Assembly (NCBI GenBank): GCA_021158055.1 | Contig: JAGGVJ010000019.1 | Span: forward strand, 23,940 to 87,939 | Reading direction: 5' to 3' | DNA length: 64,000 nucleotides | Source: Candidatus Iainarchaeum sp. | Lineage (GTDB): Archaea > Iainarchaeota > Iainarchaeia > JAGGVJ01 | In this document: positions 61,043 to 64,000 of the stretch, one piece after another | How the letters are laid out: every line of letters starts with the position of its first letter | Numbering within the stretch: position 1 is the first letter of the stretch | Notes under the pieces: generated by a model | Databases searched by the model: none | The model's input: the letters and a program-made list of their open reading frames with translations, nothing else | Told to the model about the DNA's origin: nothing | Made by a program: the position numbers and the translations under genes

Positions 61043-61172
61043 CTGGCGGACCCGGAGAGATTTGAACTCTCGACTTACAGCTTTCACCAACCAAGGCTGG
61101 TTGTAGGAGGCTGTCGCCCTATTTTCCCACAATGCTTTTAACGGCATTGGCTCCAGGCTAGGCTACGGGTCC
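61043..61172 (-). tRNA. tRNA-Arg (anticodon CCT) with two insertions: about 30 nt in the D-loop and about 21 nt at 37/38; CCA encoded
   Basis: Acceptor GGACCCG/CGGGTCC. GCCT-AGCCTGG[AGCCAATGCCGTTAAAAGCATTGTGGGAAA]ATA-GGGC. Anticodon stem ACAGC/GCTGT, loop CTCCTA[CAACCAGCCTTGGTTGGTGAA]A. T arm GAGAG-TTCAAAT-CTCTC. Confidence 0.6.
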
Positions 61173-61308
61173 AGTTTCCGGTCTTTGCGGTTAATGGTTT
61201 GGTAGTTTAGGGATTATAGTTTCATATGTATGGTTCTTTAATATGTTTTTTATGGTATTTTTATTTTACGTTATATTTTTTATAGTTTAATACTTATTTG
61301 TTAAATTA

Positions 61309-61776
61309 ATGTTAAATAACTTTCTCTCGTTTTTTTCTGAAAACAATGAATTATTGCTTGTTTTGTTTTACGGGTTTGCCCCGATAAGCGAGGTCCGCGG
61401 AGCAGCTGCTTATGCTTTTGCTGTCGGGAGTCCTGAACTCATGGTGCTCGGGGCTCTTGCAAACATTGCTGTTGCACCTGTGTTGATTGTTTTTTGGAAC
61501 CTGTTGAATTTTGAGTTGATAGGGAGAAAAATAATGGGCCACAGGCTTGAAAAAAGAAAAGAGCAGCTGGTCGGAAAATACAAAAAATACGGGGTTTTCG
61601 GTCTTGCGTTCTTTATCGGAATACCGCTTCCAATCACAGGCGTCTATTCCGGAGTGCTTGTTGCAAAAATCCTCGGGATAGAAAACAAACAAATCCTAAT
61701 TGGCTCTGTTTTAGGGGTCCTGATGTCTTCAACAATAATGTTTTTGCTGCTTTCAGGGTTTTTTTCGTTTTTTTAA
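61309..61776 (+). CDS. Small multi-TM membrane protein (COG2426-like); hypothetical
   Basis: Four predicted TM helices, no catalytic motif. Confidence 0.4.
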   Translation: MLNNFLSFFSENNELLLVLFYGFAPISEVRGAAAYAFAVGSPELMVLGALANIAVAPVLIVFWNLLNFELIGRKIMGHRLEKRKEQLVGKYKKYGVFGLAFFIGIPLPITGVYSGVLVAKILGIENKQILIGSVLGVLMSSTIMFLLLSGFFSFF

Positions 61777-61798
61777 ATTTTTGCATGCCCTTTGAGTT

Positions 61799-62455
61799 TC
61801 ATTTCTTTTTGCACAAAATCAGAACGTGGTCTTTTTCATATGGCTCAAGCGGCACCACCTGGAGAATTTCAAGTTCTTTTCCAAGGTCTTTTTTTGCCTG
61901 TTCAAAAACTTGTTTCGGCTCGGATACCACGTCAACGCTTCTTGATTTTATCACAAGCATCCCAAAGTCGCCTTGTTTAAGGTATTGCCTTGCGTTTTTC
62001 AAGAAAATGCCTGCCTGATCCTTTTGGGCGATGTCCTGAAACAACACGTCGCAGTCAATGACCGTGTCTGAAAATGACTGCGGGTCGCAGGCATCTGCTT
62101 TGATGGGTATCATGTTTTCTTTCCTGGTGCAGACTTCAATGAGCTTGGTCATGACTTTCGGGGCAAAATCAACGCAAAACACTGCCCCGTCTTCTCCGAC
62201 TATGTCAGAGACGTGAGATGCGGTGGTTCCTTCGGCTGCCCCGAGGTAAAGGACATAAGACCCTTCTTTTATCGGAAGCTGCTTCAAGCCATTTAGTATG
62301 GCGGCACCCAGCTTTGACCTGTACGGCTCCCAAAACCTGTACTCTTTGCCAAGTATGATGACTCGTTTTTCCCCGTAAACAGAGTACTCTGGGGAATTGT
62401 TGAGTGTTGCAATCTTGTCTTTTATTTTGAATACTCCGGGAAAGTATTTTTTCAA
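61799..62455 (-). CDS. flpA: Fibrillarin-like rRNA/tRNA 2'-O-methyltransferase
   Basis: VLYLGAAEGTTASHVSDIVGEDGAVFCVDFAPKVM SAM-binding core. Confidence 0.9.
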   Translation of the reverse strand: MKKYFPGVFKIKDKIATLNNSPEYSVYGEKRVIILGKEYRFWEPYRSKLGAAILNGLKQLPIKEGSYVLYLGAAEGTTASHVSDIVGEDGAVFCVDFAPKVMTKLIEVCTRKENMIPIKADACDPQSFSDTVIDCDVLFQDIAQKDQAGIFLKNARQYLKQGDFGMLVIKSRSVDVVSEPKQVFEQAKKDLGKELEILQVVPLEPYEKDHVLILCKKK

Positions 62456-62515
62456 AAAATCACGTCTTTAAAATCTTCAAAAATAAAAAAACTCCCAAAA
62501 AAAAGGTTACAGAAA

Positions 62516-63436
62516 TCAGCTGTGTATTTCAGCCAGGCGTTTTTCAAAGTCTTTTTTCAGGTTTTTGTCCACTTTTTTGTTTCCGAAGTAGTCCTCGCGT
62601 GCGGCAATCGCAAGCTTTCCTGCCAGTGCCCGCGCGATTTTTCCCCTTTCGTTTGCGGGAGCGCTCCTGATCTGCGGAAACTGGTAGATTATGCCGTGTT
62701 TGGGCGGCCGAATCGACTTGTTTTTCAGGTGCCGGAACAATGCTTTTTCAGCCCCGATTACTTGGATTGTGCTTGCGGGCATCATGGCAAGTTTCCAGAG
62801 CGATCCGGCTCTTGCAAGAAGCTTCGCGCCGACTGTTTCTCCCACAAGAGAGTTTACGTTCGGGGCAACTTCATCCATTTTTTTGCCCAGGTATTTCAGG
62901 ACAGAATCCCTTTCGTCTTCAATTGCAAGGACTGTTGAGGCAAACCTTTGCATTTCCTTGAAATCATCCCTGGTGATCTCTATGCCGATTGAGCCTTCTT
63001 TTGCTTTTTCAATGCTTTCGATTTTTTTGTCGCTCAAGCCCGCAGACGCAAGCTTTTTTGAGGTCATGCTTTTTCTTTCGCCGCATTTTTCAACAAATTC
63101 AGTGAACTCGCGGTTGTCTTTGAGTATTCGCGCGGCTTCGGGAAAATGAACAGAATACCATTCCCGCAGCCTTGTTGCAAACAGGTTGATGTTGTGGTCA
63201 AGGTCCTCGTAGAGCGCAACAGCTTCTATTGCAAGCCTGTCAGGCCCCACTTCTTCAACGACCGCTTTTTTTGAAGCTGCAATGGCTTTTTTCTTCAGCT
63301 CGGAAAGCTTCCTGCGCGAGTTTCTTTTCTCGTCCCTTGCAGGTGATTTATCAGGTTCTCCTGTTTTTTTTGAGGTTTTTGAAGCTATTTTGCCTGTTTT
63401 TTTCTTTTTTTCTCTTTGAGTCCTTTTAATTGCCAT
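62516..63436 (-). CDS. Nop5/Nop56/58-like C/D-box RNP protein: NOP domain only, lysine-rich N-terminus
   Basis: NOP domain (LYEDLDHNINLFATRLREWYSVHFPE...KHGIIYQ). K-rich 50-aa N-terminus. No N-terminal fibrillarin-binding domain, and no upstream coding capacity (AT-rich region with stops). Confidence 0.75.
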   Translation of the reverse strand: MAIKRTQREKKKKTGKIASKTSKKTGEPDKSPARDEKRNSRRKLSELKKKAIAASKKAVVEEVGPDRLAIEAVALYEDLDHNINLFATRLREWYSVHFPEAARILKDNREFTEFVEKCGERKSMTSKKLASAGLSDKKIESIEKAKEGSIGIEITRDDFKEMQRFASTVLAIEDERDSVLKYLGKKMDEVAPNVNSLVGETVGAKLLARAGSLWKLAMMPASTIQVIGAEKALFRHLKNKSIRPPKHGIIYQFPQIRSAPANERGKIARALAGKLAIAAREDYFGNKKVDKNLKKDFEKRLAEIHS

Positions 63437-63736
63437 TGAATCACCGAAAATATGAACGTGCAGTGTATACTGTGCATGAAATGTTATAATATGCTAAATC
63501 ACAATATGCTAAATTATAATATATTAAAGGTTAATTAATACATATCAAATAATACACATATCAAAGCATATAATATATGCCAAAACATGTCAAAATCTGT
63601 AAAGATATAAGATATTAAGGTGTCAGGTTTATATTAAATTGTTCTTCTTTGTTTCAAAAAGAGCACAAAATTCAACAAAAAGCCGGAAAATGAAACAAAC
63701 CAAAAGAAAAACAAAAAAAAATAAAAAATCAAAATT

Positions 63737-64000
63737 ATGGCAGACGGTGAAAAAATGAAATCAATTGATGAAGTGACTGCTTTTTGCAAACGCCGCGGGT
63801 TTGTATTTCCAAGCTGCGATATATACGGCGGACTTTCAGGGTTCTGGGATTTTGGTCCCGTGGGTGTCGAGCTCAAAAACAACATAAAGTCTGAGTGGTG
63901 GAACTCATTTGTTGTAAGGCGGGAAGACGTTGTAGGAGTGGACGGCTCAATCGTCAACTCGCACGCAGTGTGGAAGGCAAGCGGTCACGTGGACGGGTTT
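63737..64000 (+). CDS. glyS: Glycyl-tRNA synthetase (archaeal/eukaryotic type), 3'-truncated by the window edge
   Basis: [55 protein letters not shown], the typical GlyRS N-terminus. It runs off the window end. Confidence 0.7.
   Translation, partial: MADGEKMKSIDEVTAFCKRRGFVFPSCDIYGGLSGFWDFGPVGVELKNNIKSEWWNSFVVRREDVVGVDGSIVNSHAVWKASGHVDGF

Noticed and set aside
63634-63957. 107-aa minus ORF
   Set aside because: It is antisense to the clearly recognisable N-terminus of glycyl-tRNA synthetase.
1-64000. CRISPR array search
   Set aside because: The only tandem repeats found (14757-14787, 23381-23420, 27825-27856, 28215-28303) have 2-4 copies, no unique spacers, and no repeat-spacer periodicity.
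1-64000. rRNA genes
   Set aside because: No rRNA-like segment seen.

Overview
This 64 kb window reads as a low-GC archaeal chromosome segment. The lineage markers are a group II chaperonin (thermosome), a complete A1A0 ATP synthase operon atpHIKECFABD, fibrillarin plus a Nop5-like NOP-domain protein, archaeal-type AspRS/ArgRS/GlyRS, Sec61beta, and tRNA genes carrying introns. Most of the window is housekeeping, but several islands stand out:

- **ATPase/helicase module (20.6-25.6 kb).** A two-gene module encodes an 896-aa HerA/FtsK-like (DUF87-type) ATPase with a long uncharacterised C-terminal region containing an internal duplication. It is followed by a wHTH-UvrD/PcrA-like SF1 helicase with a C-terminal HRDC domain. 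A perfect 20-bp tandem duplication overlaps the helicase start codon. This is my best candidate for an undescribed DNA-processing or defence-like system.
- **Arginine decoding cluster (57.5-61.2 kb).** argS sits among four tRNA-Arg isoacceptor genes (TCT, TCG, GCG, CCT). Three of them carry ~30-nt insertions at the same D-loop position, which I read as non-canonical introns; two carry canonical 37/38 introns.
- **C1 operon (35.1-38.8 kb).** An MtrA-like corrinoid protein, an MtrH-like pterin methyltransferase, a ThyA-type thymidylate synthase, a small unknown ORF and MetF (MTHFR) lie on one strand.
- **Three disrupted genes.** A GNAT is frameshifted in a T8/A8 homopolymer, a MazG-like gene is broken by a 16-bp tandem duplication, and a NUDIX gene has an in-frame TAA inside its Nudix box.
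- **Other notable genes.** These are a stand-alone Cas4/RecB-like PD-(D/E)XK nuclease (no CRISPR array seen), a class II Fic protein beside an intron-containing tRNA-Ser, pyruvate formate-lyase with its activase, a tandem pair of membrane-anchored paralogs, and a Nop5 lacking the N-terminal fibrillarin-binding domain.

All calls come from reading the ORF translations and the DNA by eye. No database searches were run. tRNA and intron boundaries, and some start codons (the ORF track treats TTG/GTG as starts), are approximate.
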